A DNA stretch of 64,000 bases, taken from positions 11,408,001 to 11,472,000 of the forward strand of contig OX597823.1 in the NCBI GenBank assembly GCA_951406725.2, given 5' to 3'. The notes below the pieces were generated by a model. The model was not told where the DNA came from and ran no database searches. It saw nothing but the letters and a program-made list of their open reading frames with translations. The position numbers and the translations under genes were made by a program. Shown in pieces: positions 25,290-40,160 of the stretch. Every line of letters starts with the position of its first letter. Within the stretch, counting starts at the first letter, position 1. The DNA comes from Octopus vulgaris. Lineage: Eukaryota.

Positions 25290-26760
25290 TAAGAACTGAG
25301 CCCTTGCAAACTCCTACTGCAAGCTTAATTCATTGCTGTGTATTCATTTCTAACTTTAACCTTGTTTACTTGGCTTGCAAGGCTCTCACAAGCCACCCAT
25401 CTACACCTAGTTTCCTAGGTGTAGCTGCCAGATTTAATTGTGAATTCTTGTCAATGGCTTTCTCCCGGTCAACAGATGCTAATTATTGTGGGCATCAGTG
25501 ATAATTCTTCCTTGCACAAAACTGAACTGCACTCATCTAGGCTAATACTGATATCAAATTCTCTCTGTCATTTCCAAAACTCAAGCTATTTACTTCTTTT
25601 TTGTGCATCTCTTTTACCCTTGTAACAGTTCATGATGATACCCCTACAATTCTGTTCTCTATGTGTAACTAGCACAGGATCTACCTTTTCGTATATTTTT
25701 AGCATTTCTGTGACTGTGCCTGATGGTCCAGCTGCTTTCCGTACTGTCATACCCTTATTAACTTTACCATACTGCTGTTAACTTGTATTGTTAACCCCTG
25801 TGGAGGCGCAATGGCCCAGTGGTTAGGGCAGCGAACTCGCGGTCATAGGATCGCGGTTTCGTTTCCCAGACCGGGTGTTGTGAGTGTTTATTAAGCGAAA
25901 ACACCTAAAGCTCCACGAGGCTCCGGAAGGGGATGGTGGTGATCCCTGCTGTACTCTTTCACCACAACTTTCTCTCACTCTTACTTCCTGTTTCTGTTGT
26001 ACCTGTATTTCAAAGGGGCTGGCCTTGTCACTCTCTGTGTCACGCTGAATATCCCCGAGAACTACGTTAAGGGTGCACGTGTCTGTGGAGTGCTCAGCCA
26101 CTTACACGTTAATTTCATGAGCAGGCTGTTCCATTGATTCGGATCAACTGGAACCCTCATCGTCGTAACCGACGGAGTGCTTCCAAAAAAAAAATTGTTA
26201 ACCCCTATACTTAGGTCCACATTAAATATGCCCACTTTATTCCTTGCAGTCTCCTCAGTCAACAATCTCTCACAATAATATGTCTATGCCCCTTTCTTTT
26301 CAGTATTATCAGTAAAGCAAATGCATGACTGTTGTTCAGCATACGTTTCTCATCAATAATGTTCCAATTCCCCTAGCAAACAATCTTGCTAACTAGAACA
26401 CTTCTCACAGATCGCTTCTCTAGCTGAGTATACCTAACACCTTGTTTCTTCTCCAGCTACATGGTACTGATCTTTCATACCCTCTTTCTTTCTACTTTGC
26501 AGACCTGTTGATTTGTTCTTATAGCTCTATCTACAGTATGATTTCATCATTGTTTCTTCTATCTGGGTGTGGCCTATATCCAGCCCTCAATCTGATCTGT
26601 AGCCTTGTTGTTTTGTAAAAACTGCTAACTTTCTTCTATTGTCTCTCATATAAACATCAACTAGAACTTCTCTGAATCTATGAGCTCTTTCAGTTTTTAG
26701 TTTTATTTTCCAAAATTGTCTTTTACTTTTGTGTCCATCATTTAACTCTTATTCCGAAGT
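25290..26760 (-). mobile_element. Decayed RTE-clade LINE ORF fragment, interrupted by a SINE
   Basis: Minus strand MTVRKAAGPSG (~25719-25750; cf. GKAPGPSG) and a QFSFVQGR-like motif (~25506-25535; cf. QFGFVPGR). The extent to the right of the SINE is approximate. Confidence 0.65.
25800..26193 (+). mobile_element. tRNA-derived SINE family C, long-tail type, with 13 bp TSD
   Basis: Same head as 17116, different 3' half ending cgacggagtgcttcc plus poly(A); TSD attgttaacccct at 25787-25799 and 26194-26206. Confidence 0.92.
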
Positions 26761-27208
26761 CACTTATTTACTAATCTATATGGGGCAGTAATCTTTGATT
26801 TATATAAATAAGGCATGACCAAGTGGTTAAGAAGTGTGTTGTAGTCATGAAGTCCTGGTGGCAAATGTTTTTTTTATCATAATCTTGATTCAGCTCAAGT
26901 CTTGTGAGTGAAATTGGGTGGATGGAAACTGTGAAAGCTGTTGGATGAGCAATGCTTGTTATTGAATGGGCCAACCTAGTCACACACTTTGTCTGGCTGA
27001 GAGATGCATAAAAGGTCTGAGTTGTCTTCGTGAAAACTGAAAGAAGACCATCATACATATAGATGATTAATTTGCTGTTAATGATAAACAATTATTAATG
27101 TATGTATGTGTGTGTGTGTGTACATAAGCATAAATATATATACACAAATACACACAATCATACATTTGCTCAAAGAATTCCAGAATATTCCAGGTACAAC
27201 CAACACAA

Positions 27209-27440
27209 CTCTCTTTTACTCTTTTCTTTTATACTTGTTTCAGTCATTTGACTGCGGCCATGCTGGAGCACCGCCTTTAGTCGAGCAAATCGACCCCGGG
27301 ACTTATTCTTTGTAAGCCCAGTACTTATTCTATCGGTCTCTTTTGCCGAACCACAAAGTGACGGGGACGTAAACACACCAGCATCGGTTGTCTAGCAATG
27401 CTAGGGGGACAAACACAGACACACAAACATATACACACAC
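27209..27440 (-). mobile_element. SINE family A, 3' half
   Basis: Near-identical to the family A tail region; truncated at the internal microsatellite. Confidence 0.9.
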
Positions 27441-27441
27441 A

Positions 27442-27485
<44 letters not shown>

Positions 27486-28364
27486 ATATAACTACAACTG
27501 TTAATTTCCATCATTGAATATCTTGGACTACGTTGTCAAATAGGCTTTCTTTTTTATGGAATGAATAGATTTGACTATTACTTCTTGCAGGTAGAAGCTC
27601 TAATCCTGTTAATGCTAATGAGTTCACATACGAATGTGAAGCAATTTATTCAAACAAACATTTCAATATAGAAAGCGCAAGGAGCAGAAACGACATTCTA
27701 ATTTGATTTTACTGCATATGATTCTGTATTTCATTGCTGCACAGAAATAAATTTTTTATTTCTTTGAACTGTTTAATAATGTGCAGCAATTTTATTGCCT
27801 TCTTTTTTAGAGTACATATTTCATTTTTGTCTATTTTATTACTGTTTGATTGATGTCTAAATTTTAATATTTACATTAAATATTAGAGATGGTGTTTTAT
27901 GATGCATTGATATATTATCTAGCTACAACTATTTATCCATAGATTATGGAATAACTTGTGTTTATTAAAAAAGAAGGGGTTCCTTAATACCAAGCTGCTT
28001 GTAAATGTCTGTTTATGCTCTATAGAACAGCCCTACCAACCAGATCCAAGACTGCCAATATACAAAATGAAATATTACATATACCCAGCCATGACGCAGG
28101 TGATAAGTGTCAACACTATCAAGCAATCCCAAAGGATGCTAATGGATAACACTACCTAGCATCCATCGTCACACATTGGTTTGATAATATAACTACAGAG
28201 AACATTCTCAACTAGCCAACAATAATTTTTTTTAAAACTGTCATTCTTTTTAATTATAGAAGACTAGCAGCAATCTTTCAAGTGATTGATTGGGGGGGGA
28301 TTGAATTTACATTTAGTACTCAGGGCCTTTTTTGCAAAAATACCTGTTCAGAAGTTGGCCCATC

Positions 28365-28890
28365 ATTATTCATCATTGTACGACTGTGGTCGAGACAATG
28401 GAATTTACTATGCTACGCCAGACTTCACGGTCCATCATGGCATTACGGAGGTCCTGTTGCTGGATGCCTGTATCCCTGGAGATTACATCAGGGTAGGAGA
28501 GTGTGCACTCTCTGGTATTGCGGGTAGATGGCTTCCAGAGGAGAAGAGTAGAAATTACCTCTTTTTCAGCTCTACAACAATGTCCAGCAAACTGGACTCT
28601 CTTACCTTTCACAAGAGATGACACAGGTGGTAGTTTCCTATATATTTGCATCTTGGTTGGATGGCGCCTCCACGAGAGATTTTGAGCTCTCATAAGGAGG
28701 CGAGTGTAGGTTCCATCCAACCGCCTCTCAAGCTTCTTTGATAGCGTCCAGGTTTCTGAGCCATATAGTAGAATTGGTTCGACTGTGGCTTTGAAGATTT
28801 CAAGTTTGAAGTCTCTACTTAGATTTGATGACCAGATCTTATGCATATCATTACAGGCTGACCAGGCCATACCCTTTCTAGTTAGAAAGT
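28365..28890 (-). mobile_element. 5'-truncated RTE-type LINE, C-terminal ORF segment (165 aa open)
   Basis: ORF 28373-28870: KLEIFKATVEPILLYGSETWTL...RVQFAGHC...AMMDREVWRSIV, typical post-RT region of RTE-clade elements. The stop is followed by a tgatga/ataatgatg-type tail. Confidence 0.88.
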
Positions 28891-29002
28891 TGGCCCATGC
28901 TGCTGCATCAACAGTTTACAGGCCTAACATAGTGTATCATATAACTTGTTAATTGTAGAGGGTGCATTGCTGATTAAGCAGTTGCTACATTAAACAACAT
29001 GT

Positions 29003-29213
29003 TTAACCCTTTAGCCCTTGAACCAGCGTTAACAGGCTCAAATACTCTGCCTGTTTTATTTTCAAACCAGCCAAATCTGGCTTCATACATCTACCTTACA
29101 CATTATTGAAGTCTCAAATCTGCAAGATAATGCATGATTAATTCAGAACGATATGAATATACGAATAAATAAGCATCACATCTCACTGAGTTACCTGTAT
29201 ACTGAAGGGTTAA
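29003..29213 (-). mobile_element. piggyBac-type MITE family 2, diverged
   Basis: TTAA-ccctttagc ... ctgaaggg-TTAA; body is an inverse match to 45035-45263. Confidence 0.7.
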
Positions 29214-31249
29214 GCAAATACTTCCTTTAAATCTATTAATGATAGATTTAAAATAAAAAGTACAACCTATTGTTAAAATATCAAATGTGTATTTGCTTAA
29301 CAATATTGTTTTAATACCATAAAACAAAATAAAAGATTAAAGATTTGGGATTAGCAGTCAGGTTTTAGCTATTTTCTCGTGATATGAACATTATCCTTAA
29401 TTATTGATTTAGATGTTTTCTAGTACTTAATCTTATTTATAAATTTACATGGGATAATGCATAATTAATGAGCTTTCTGAGTTCTTAGTGTATGCAGGTG
29501 TCTACTCATAATCCCTTAAGGAATGTGAGATTGTGATTGCAAATGAAGCCCTCTCCTGACTCTTTTGTTCTCTTTGTTAGTTACTGGAACTGTTATGACT
29601 GATTCATGATTGGGTTCCTTTAATAATATTGTCATAACAATGCCAACATTATGGTATTATAGTTTTCCCTTTGAATAAGAAAGTGAAAAGAAAAAAAAAA
29701 AAACTCTAGGTAAGCGATAATTGCTGAAGGATTGAAATGAAAATTTCTTACTACTTGAGTGTTGGCAGAGCAAAAAATATAAGTACTAGTTTTAGAGTTG
29801 TTTAGCCTCAGATCAGCTCTAATTGGGCAGGCCTATGATCCAAAACATTCAAGCTGTGACAATCATCTAAACAATTTCCTAAATAAATTTATCTAAAATT
29901 CTTAGGGGAAAGGAAGAAGTCTGAAAAAGTAATAGATGGTAATTAAAACTAGTTGTTATTTAGTCTCAGGTCAAACCAGATCTAGCTGAGCTATGATGAA
30001 AGGCTTGCCAACTATCTTCTTTATAAAGACAGTGTACCTAGAAGTACATCATCCAGTGTTTCATTTCTATTTTTAATGTGGTAAAGTATGAATTTGAGGA
30101 AATCTTGCTTATATTTCTAACAGGTTGACTGACCCCATTGTGACTTGTTTAAAAGGAGTTTACACAGACTTGGAAATAGACTATATAGTAGGCAGGCTGT
30201 GCACAATATCTTTTGTGTAAGTTATAAAGTAAAAGTAGGCCATAAATGTTGTGAAGTTTTAGGGGCTGAAAAACATTGGAGTATATGTCACTTTATACCC
30301 AGATGCACAGACCAAATCAATCCATTTCATAAAAAAGAAAGCATATTTGATGATATACTTATTATATCAAGATCATTGCTGTAATAAATATAAAGAATTG
30401 ATTATATGTGTTAACTCTTAAGGTTCTTTCTTTTAACAGTTAACCTTACTTTGAAATTGAATCCGAAATGTTACACCTTGTAACTCTTTACTGGTATTCT
30501 TTCTCAGGAGTTAACAATGTAGTTTTGTCTTTTGTATAAACAACATTATCAAAAAAAAAAAACTATTTTTTTTTAAAGAAAAAAAAATAGAAATGATTTT
30601 TTATGGTTTCCTCAGAAAGAGAAAGATAGTAATTACAACCTTTCTCTGGGCTTGTTACAATTGTAAGAGGGAATTTTCCCCAGGCCTGTAGATCTGGCCC
30701 AAATGCTTGCAGCAGAGTAGGTTTTGCTGAAGACACCTAAGAATCAGGGTTAGGGTTCTGCAAATTTTATACTGCTAAATACTTGGAATAGTCTTCTGCT
30801 CAGTTTCTCCCTACTAGAGTTCATTCATAAAGATTTGGTTGCCATGATGTTACAATAGGAAGCACTTGTCCGAGGTTCTGTAGGATTGGATCAAAAATAT
30901 AGCTGTTATAATTTTGATGTATGTGGAAAATTACTTTATTTTATCATTTCTTCCCTTCTTAAATTGGTTTATCTTTGTGCTGTGGATTATCTTTGAGATC
31001 AAAACTTTTGCTACTATTTATAATCTTATCTGATAAAATATGTAAGATTACACTTTAAAAGTCACAAGAGAACTCTGAAACAGCTGTGACACAACAAGAG
31101 AAGCATTCTTAATTAATAATAGTGACCTTGATTAGCCCAGACTACATAGAATTAAAACAAAACTGATAAAAATCTCATTACATGAATGACTGTAATATAT
31201 CAGTTGATCTATAAAATATATAAAATGACAGGTATATTACTAAACTTTA

Positions 31250-31402
31250 GTGTATTTACATCCCCATAACTTAGTGGTTCGGCAAAGAAGACCAATAGAA
31301 TAAATACTAAGCTTACAAAGAATAAGTCCTGGAGTCGATTTGCTCGACTAAAGGCGGTGCTCCAGTATGGCCGCAGTCTAATGACTGAAACAAGTTAAAG
31401 AG
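31250..31402 (+). mobile_element. SINE family A, 3' fragment
   Basis: cttagtggttcggcaaag...aaggcggtgctccagtatggccgcagtc..atgactgaaacaag. Confidence 0.85.
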
Positions 31403-31989
31403 TCTTAGCACTACCTTAAAACTTGAGTCTTTGTAGCATTTAAAATGATTGCTTATAATGTCATGCAAGTAATATATATATAAGACACCTGATCTTATCT
31501 TATCACTGTTGCTCTTATCATGTTATTGTAATTTACATACCTTTCTTTTATAAAATACTATAAATGATTAAAAATAGCTTTAATTGCATTCGTTGTCATT
31601 CATGGTAACTTAATCCTTTTACTACTAGCCTATCCCACATATGCTACATTGTAATTCTTAGTATTACAATGACATGTAAAAAAGTTTTTGTTAAGCCATG
31701 TTCCAGATATCAGCAGAATATACCTTTAAAAGATGTGAGAACCTCTTTACAATCACTCTGGTTGCCAGAAATATGAGTCAAATTAAGTCTTCACTCATCT
31801 CCTACAGGGTTGTTGCTTTTTTCTTCTATGAGAGTGGTCTGGAAGAAAGAGTTGTGCCTGTAACTTTCAGATACTCAATGAGGCCACTGTGACTGACATG
31901 ATTACTATTTCTTTTGAACTATTGAAGAAAACAAATGCAAAGAGGGAATTCCAATGTGCTAATATTTTGTAGATGAAGGACTGGGCCTA

Positions 31990-32460
31990 GCACTTAATGT
32001 GGGATATGAGGGTGGGGGATGGACACAATATAAGTGACCAGAAGAAAGATGAGTAAGTCAGGAATGCCCTGAGGAGTGAGTGTCACAGTAATAGTTGTAG
32101 AAAAAGCAAAGAGAAGAGACAGCACATCTGTTGTCCAGAGCTTGAAATATGTTGGTGAATGACTTGATGCCAATCCATCAACTGCTTTTTTTATTTTTTG
32201 GTGATGATGCATGCTAGATGAGCTGTACTTCATTCAGGATCTCACCTAAGCTTTGTAGAGTGTTACTGGTTGTTGAGGCTTGAAGTATTTTCTGATCCTG
32301 AAGAGGAAAGCCAGTCTTTGAGATGCAGCCTTTGCTATGTTACAGATCTGCATTTGCTTGGAGAAATACTCACTGATGGTGAAAGCTGACATTTGTTGTG
32401 ATCTTGATTGTTCTAGTTGCATGCTGTTCATGTTCAGGCTAGATTGGGGTGTCATAATGT
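31990..32460 (-). mobile_element. LINE RT C-terminal fragment (CR1/Jockey-group)
   Basis: Minus strand ICNIAKAASQRLAFLFRIRKYFKPQQPVTLYKA, then a frameshifted MKYSSSSM..QKIKKAV, matching the usual post-RT region of these LINEs. Confidence 0.7.
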
Positions 32461-32473
32461 TTTGATATATTTA

Positions 32474-32702
32474 TTAACCCTTTTGTTACCAACCTGGCCA
32501 AAACCGGCTCTGACTCTGTAGTACAAATGTCTTGTTTTCATAAGTTTTGAATTAAAATATACCACCAAACCTTAGTCGCAATTTATGTTCCTAACACTTG
32601 TTTAATGATAACTAAGTTATTTTACTAAATTCTTTGTTATATTTAAAATAATTGAAAGAGACACAGAGCATCTCAAAATAAATAAAGTAACGAAAGGGTT
32701 AA
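32474..32702 (-). mobile_element. piggyBac-type MITE family 1
   Basis: TTAA-cccttttgttacc ... gtaacgaaaggg-TTAA; reverse complement of 1569-1796. Confidence 0.85.
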
Positions 32703-34485
32703 AAAGAAGAAAGGACTTGAATATTTTCTGGATAAGTAGAAAATTGGTTGGTCAAAGATGAAATATCTTTGGTCATAGATCTTCTGGATCTTGGCTGCTC
32801 TGGAATCTTCTGCCTGCTCATGTCTTTTCTGTGTGTTATTGAATGGCAACTGTTTAATCAGAGCATTTATGACATCAAACTTCCCAGTCTCAGAGAACCT
32901 ATGAAGATCAGAGGTACTGCTGCTTCTTCCTGGCTCAGCAAATAAACACACACACACACATTGTAATTTGTTTAAAATATGGTAATGAAACAGTTAAGTA
33001 TTTTGTTTTAATTGTCTTACTTTGTTGTAAGATGTTTAAAATAAAATATAACAAAATCTGAAGACTAATCTTGTAGGCTGTTCTAAACAATGTAGTTAAC
33101 TGTACTATAATTAGAAAGCTGGATAGTCAGCACAGGCAGGATCTAACAGAACCAATTGACCAAACCTGGGTATTTGTTTTCATTTTATTATGGATACTTC
33201 TTAGCTAAGATCAATGGGATTTTTTTCAATGAAGCAATCACATTCACTGAACTAGTATATTCCAAACAAATTGCTTTGAGGCTAACTAGCAATATCTCTG
33301 ATTAATTAGAATTGAATGTATCAGAAGAGTCAAATGCCTGAAGCTAAGTTTCTGATTTTTCTCATACTCTCTTAATGGTATTAATGCATAAGATATTTTA
33401 TATTGAAGGTAGATGAATGCGTTTCTTTCTACTGTAATTAAATGAGGTTTTTAAAATGAAAGTAAATAAGCACTATCTTCCATTTCTATTGATATTTCAA
33501 TGCCAAAGATAGGAGACTGTTAGAAAAGGAAGTGTCAGCATCAGTTCTTTTGTTGGCAAGAAACAAAAGTCTTTTATCATATGGGAATTGACAGCAAAGG
33601 ATTTTTAAGTAGAATTTTTTTTAGAGAAATAGCTGTAAATTGGGGGAAAAAAAAATCAATTGTGTGGTCCAGTATTATTTTAGCATTATCAGTCTTGTAT
33701 TAAAACCAACCATAAATATGTTAATATGCATTGCTTAAGTTATTTAACATAAAATATTATTTTATAGTCTTTCCAACTAAAGTCAGCAGGTTAATATATT
33801 GTGATACTAATAGTCCTGTAGGCAGGCAGTATAAAAGATATGATGGAGGTTTCATTTATAAAGCAAATGCTTTATTATTTTCTATGAATCAAATACTTTT
33901 GCCTAAGATGTTAATGACTGATATCGTTATATTTCAAGGTATAATTTTCCACCACATGTTACACCTTCAGGTTATAGAACATGATTCCATTGAGATTTCA
34001 CTTTTGTATTAAAGAAATTCAAAACGGAAATGCTGAGAATATGCCACTGGTCATTATTTTAGATTATAGAGAGGCTAAGGATGCTTAATCTTATTCTTAT
34101 TGATGTTTAGTATTCTGCTATAAGGAATTATCCTTAATGCCTTTGAACATAATACTTTATTCTATTGATAACAGTGTAAAAGTCAAGGAAATGGACAGAG
34201 GTAATGCAGTTTTGTATGCTGGTGATATCTCTTGTTGTAAATTACTTTATCTAACTACTCACTAGAATGTCCAAATAAAAAAATTCAGGAAAAATTTCTT
34301 TAAAGATATTCTTTATAATTATAATCACTCTTGCTATCCTGAAAATGAGAAAATAGGAAAGGTTGTTTTTTTTTTTTTTTTCCTCTTGTAAACACATATT
34401 TAAATCATAGTATTTGAAATAGACTGAAAATAGGACTAAAGACTATTCTGAAGGTTGTATAGAAGACAGAAAAAAAAGTATAAAT

Positions 34486-34682
34486 ACTCTTTTACTTTTT
34501 TCAGTCATTTGACTGGGGCCATGCTGGAGCACCGCCTTTAGTCAAGCAACTCAACCCCGGGACTTATTCTTTTTGTAAGCCCAGTACTTATTCTATCGGT
34601 CTCTTTTTGCCGAACCGCTAAGTGACGGGGACGTAAACACACCAGCATCAGTTGTCAAGCAATGCTAGGGAGACAAACACAG

Positions 34683-34725
<43 letters not shown>

Positions 34726-34897
34726 CATATATATGGCAGGCTTCTTTCAGTTTCCGTCTACCAAATCCACTCACAAGGCATTGGTCGGCCCGGGGCTATA
34801 GCAGAAGACACTTGCCCAAGATGCCACGCAGTGGGACTGAACCCGGAACCATGTGGTTGGTAAACAAGCTACTTACCACACAGCCACTCCTGCGCCT
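34486..34897 (-). mobile_element. SINE family A, full length
   Basis: Same structure as 23146-23557. Confidence 0.9.
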
Positions 34898-37614
34898 ATA
34901 TATATATATATATATATTGTCCAACCCATGCCAGCATGGAAAACAGATGTTAAATGATGGTGATGATAATACTGATGAATATTTAGTACTATCTGCATGT
35001 GTCTAGTATCAAAATGTTATCTCAATCTGCTCTTAATGTTATCACTGTCAACACTTGAGTTTTTCTCTTACTTTTAAATAACAGCTATATCAGCTGTTTT
35101 ACTTACTCTTTTGACTATGCCACCTGCAAGAATATTCTGAACATAAATATTACACTTGACTAATCAAGTTACATGTTAAGCTCTTTACACTAATTTATAT
35201 TAAACAATTAATGCTTTGACGTTGCCAAGGTAGTGAAGCATTATCAATGCAAGAGAAATGACCTGTTAAAATTAGAGAGCAAATTAATTGCTACATATGA
35301 ATTGTAGAGCTTGCAATGAAATGATTAGATGAAATTTAGGAATTTTTTTTTTTATTCTCACAAAACATTTAAAGAAAAGAGAAGCTCCTGGAGTGACTGA
35401 TCAGATCACGCTTGGAAAATTAACATAATTTATTACTGGTAAGGAATACAGTAACAATATATTCCAATATAATACTTATTTTTCACTCTATTTCATGTGT
35501 ATGAAATATTGATAAATCAATGCTTTGTTTGTATTTATCTATTTACTTGAAAAAAAAAAAGGTTTCCTAATTAAACTTTTCTCTGTAAGTAATCAGTGTT
35601 AATATTTAAAAAAAAGAAATGAAGTTTCATATTGATTGACTTGATGCCTGCAGAGCAATAAAGATTATCATGAATCATTTATTTATTCTATTTGTTTTTA
35701 AAATTTATATCTGATCTTCAGTGAAAGTTTTTTTTTTATAAACATCCACACTTATATAACGTTTCATTGATAATCTCCAAGTTAAATTGTTGTTTAGCTC
35801 CAGGTCAATTCTAATTCTAATTGTACATGCCTTTGGTCAAAAGCATTCCATTGTTTTTTAAGGGGTATAGAAGACTACATTGTCCTTCATTTCCAATAGT
35901 AAGGTGTGATTTGAGGGAGATTTGGTTGCTCTTCATAGCTAGTCTAACAACCACAAAATGGTTCTCTTACCTTATCCTCCCTCATATGTTTCCTTATCAG
36001 ATCTCAGCTCTTCATTACATAAGATTTTGGTCTTGCAGGAATTTCTGTACATTGATAACCAGTGGCACTGTAAATTCTGCTGAAGAAAATTAAAAGTCAG
36101 GTTTCACTCTTCAGGCTTTGAAGGTGGATATGATGACAAGTAACTTACTCATTGGTGACTGAGGTGAGGTCTTAAAAGATGAAAAGACTAATGTTAACAC
36201 AAATGTACTGGGAAGTATTCTAATTATGTGAGTGACTTTGTTGTGAAGACCACAAAGTATTCAGGTAGCTTGCTAGAAATATTAGATAACTTATTTCACT
36301 TTAATGACTTAAAACTGGAGATGATGATAACACACTGGATTAGATTCCCATAGGATGAGATGAAGTAATTCATAGAACTGTTATCTACATTTGTAATAAA
36401 GGGTTTCTCTCCGTACTCAGAAATTAAAGGGTGAGAAACTTCATGTTAGGGAAGTATGGGCAGCAAATGCAAAGTATTTAGTGATTTTAATGAAACAATT
36501 TTTTATTAATTTCCCTGAAGAAGTGGGTTCTTCTGAGATTAAAAAATGTGGATAACTAGGTGAAATCGTAACATCAGTTAACACTCAATTTGAATTGCTT
36601 GAAATTTAAGTTGAGAGAAGAAAGTTGGTGAGTTTACTAAAGGAATATAACTCAACAGAAAGACTGAGAAGAGTTTCCAGTATTGAAAAATACTTACTGG
36701 TAATTTTTCTTCTCTTATTTATGTTTTCATAGAAAGAGTAAGCTTCCCTCAATTAGCTACATTAGTCTTAAATTGAATTAAAAATATTTTTACTGATATG
36801 TATTTACTAGCTGATCCGTAATGTCAGTATCAAATAACTGAATGATAGTAATATTGAAGTCATATAAACCAAGGATACTAAGTTAGCTGAAAAAGTCAAA
36901 TGATTGCTGGTTGAATGGATGAAGAATTTAATTATAATAGAAGGATTTCAAATAAGATAGATACAAAAAAAAATTTAAAGCTATTAAAATGGCAAGCAAA
37001 TTACGTAATTTGTGATCAGTATTGTAAGAAAAGTAAAAGATATTTTAGTGAACAAATTAGTGGAGCTATTTAAAAACTGAGATTTGTTATTTAAATGAAG
37101 ACAAAACAGCATGGTAGAAATGTGTTGATGTATAATTATATCATAGGAAACAAATTTATGTCTGTGTAATCACGTTATCTTGGCCATCTTCCCACTGATG
37201 TCATGACATAAAGGTTTTAAATAAAGTTGTTTCCATAGCTGATAAATTATTCAAGTACTGAGGTAACTTTTTGATATCAGGTGTAGAAAGAAATTATTTT
37301 AAGGAGTGTAGGACTTTAGACCACACTGTTGATATTTGCTCAAGTGATTGAGCATAAATTCTATTAATACTTATGTAGATTCTTTGTTTTAAATTTAGTA
37401 GCCATTGAACAATAAGACAGACGAAAACAGCCTGATACTTTCTCATAACTATTACTAATGTTTTATAGCCTGTTTGTGTGTTATAAGCTTTCTCGAAATA
37501 GGGAAAAGTTCATATGTAGTTGGTAAACATTAATCATTGTATAAATATCTACATAAACTAAAATATATCTGCAATATATACATGTTAAGTCAAAGTGTCT
37601 AATAACGAATGTTC

Positions 37615-37846
37615 TTAACCCTTTTGATACTAACCCACCAGAGGCCGCCACTGTGTTTCTTTTATATAAACTGCTTGTTTAAAGTGTTGAATATTTAAAT
37701 TAAAACCAATCGTTAATATTTTCTACAAGAACCTTTCTGTTGTTTGTGATATAAATGTTATCTTAATGCAATATTTAATTTATAAAGTTAATCAGTTTAA
37801 ACGTAAACATCATATTTCTTTTGAGATATGATGACAAAAGGGTTAA
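37615..37846. mobile_element. piggyBac-type MITE family 3 (old)
   Basis: TTAA-cccttttgata ... tgacaaaaggg-TTAA, about 230 bp. Confidence 0.6.
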
Positions 37847-39411
37847 GAAGGAAACAATCATTTTTTAGAAAGTAAAATTATTATACTTCGGTATTAATTA
37901 GAAAGACTAAAGAATTTCTCCTCAAAACAATGATGATGCTGGCATTGTAGAAAGGAAACATCTGTCTTAAGTTTTTACTGTCCTGGTATATTTTGAAGGA
38001 AATAATTTTCAGTGTGCAAATTGAAGGAATGTTGTATTTTTTCTTAGTTCATTTGTTGTACTTAACGATTTGGTAGTAGTAACCTTTTCACATTTAATTA
38101 TACTTAGATGACCTGGCTGAATAGAGCTATAAATGCAAATTATGATATGAACTCTACATATTAATTACATTGGGAAGCTAAAAAGAAAATGGGAAAGGAA
38201 AATATCAGATGAGGAAGTATTTGGGTCTTTTTGTCGAGAAAAGATATTAGGTCAGATAATTATAGGTAATTGTTGAGTTAGTGACAATCAGCGAAATACA
38301 GATATGGGTGACTTCAGCCTGGATAGTATGACCTATTTTCCCTCTGTCGCTTTTGAAAAGATCTATTTATCTTAAAAGAAAGTGAATACTAGGAGGCTTG
38401 GTAGTTTGTATAAAAATGTTGCAGAAAAAGCAAAAATTGGTTTGATAAATAGACTATTTGCCTACTGAAGCAGTCATCAATTTATTTTTTTTTCTTGATT
38501 ATGAAAAATTTGAAAATGTTGCTTGTAATTAGCTATTCAAGTTCCTAATTAAAACAGTATATACATACTAAAGATAGAGGAAGAACTAACAGAAAGTTTT
38601 TCAAGGCTTCAATGAGATTTTAAAAAAATGTTTTGTGCTTTTATTTTCCTGTTTTCATGGTTGAGACATTTGTATGTGAATTAGGGTGAATTAGTTTTAT
38701 GGTTTGATGGATGTACTTAGTTTTAATCACAAAGAAAGAAGCATTGTGCTTTGTTAAAGGTTAAACATTCGATCAACTATAAAATTCTCTCAAAGGGATT
38801 TTTCTGTTGATACAGAAATAAACCAACACCTGACTGAACATCCCATCTGGACCCATCTGTGCCTTTCACTGAGTCTACTTTGCATTCAAGCATTCAAGCT
38901 TGGTTTCTAGTTTATAGTTATCAAAATATTCTTCTTTTTCTCCTGCTAGTTTTGGAGCCCTTGGAAAATAATCATTGCTAAATAATAAAAACATTCATAA
39001 AACAAATTTCCTATCAGTTTTAAATTGGAAACCTCATATTTACAACCTAAAATAGGACGACATACCTATGATAAAGAGAACATGATATTTCTATGCAGTA
39101 ACTGAATGTTCTGGAAAATAGCTGTTAAATCTTCCTCAAACCATACCATAATTTTGTTGGACAGTGTAATTCTAGTTATACAAAAAATATGGAATTATCA
39201 TAGCAGGAATGTTTTTGGTCATAGATATTGATGAGCAATGGCATAGTGGATAAGGACATCGGTGAATATTTAGATATAAAGTCTCTTAGTTTGAATCTTG
39301 TTAGGGACCATGTACACATCCAGAAAAGAGATACCTAATGATGGCTGCAGGTTGAACTTAGTGAAATGAATGTAAATATAAATATTGAGTGTGTGTGTAC
39401 GCGCACGCACG

Positions 39412-39453
<42 letters not shown>

Positions 39454-39804
39454 CATTTAGAAGTTTAATCAAAGCTCATAGGTAGGTGGGTTTTCAAAGC
39501 CAGTGCAGGACAGTGCAAATTGAGAGAAAATATGAGTAGCTGATGGAGAAAAGGTAGACACTGTCTATTAGTATATGAAAGGAATAATCAATAAATAGAT
39601 AGTGATCAGCTATTATTTGAAATATAATTATCTTTTGTAATAGACTCTTTGGCACAACATGATGCAAAGACAAACTCAATACAGAATTTGATCCTGATCC
39701 AGCAACATCAACTTCATAACAAACAATGGTTGTGTTGCTGTAGCTTATTATCCACAACTGGTCAATTTATTTAATTAATCTTCACGATTAAATTAATCTT
39801 CACA

Positions 39805-40160
39805 GCGCAGGAGTGGCTGTGTGGTAAGTAGCTTGCTAACCAACCACACGGTTGCGGGTTCAGTCCCACTGCGTGGCATCTTGGGCAAGTGTCTTCTGCT
39901 ATAGCCCCGGGCTGACCAATGCCTTGTGAGTGGATTTGGTAGACGGAAACTGAAAGAAGCCTGTCGTATATATGTATATGTGTGTGTGTTTGTGTGTCTG
40001 TGTTTGTCCCCCTAGCATTGCTTGACAACCGATGCTGGTGTGTTTACGTCCCCGTCACTTAGCGGTTCGGCAAAAAGAGACCGATAGAATAAGTACTAAA
40101 AGGTGGTGCTCCAGCATGGCCGCAGTCAAATGACTGAAACAAGTAAAAGAGTAAAAGAGA
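39805..40160 (+). mobile_element. SINE family A, internal-deletion subfamily
   Basis: Full head and tail, but the junction ataagtactaaaaggtggtgctcc lacks the gggcttacaaagaataagtcccggggtcg... segment. Confidence 0.9.

Noticed and set aside
25800-25875. tRNA gene
   Set aside because: This is the tRNA-like head of a SINE. It continues into the SINE body, poly(A) and TSD, and is repeated at four loci.
28026-28099. Possible 74 nt plus-strand exon
   Set aside because: Weak donor (gtgata) and no recognisable product.
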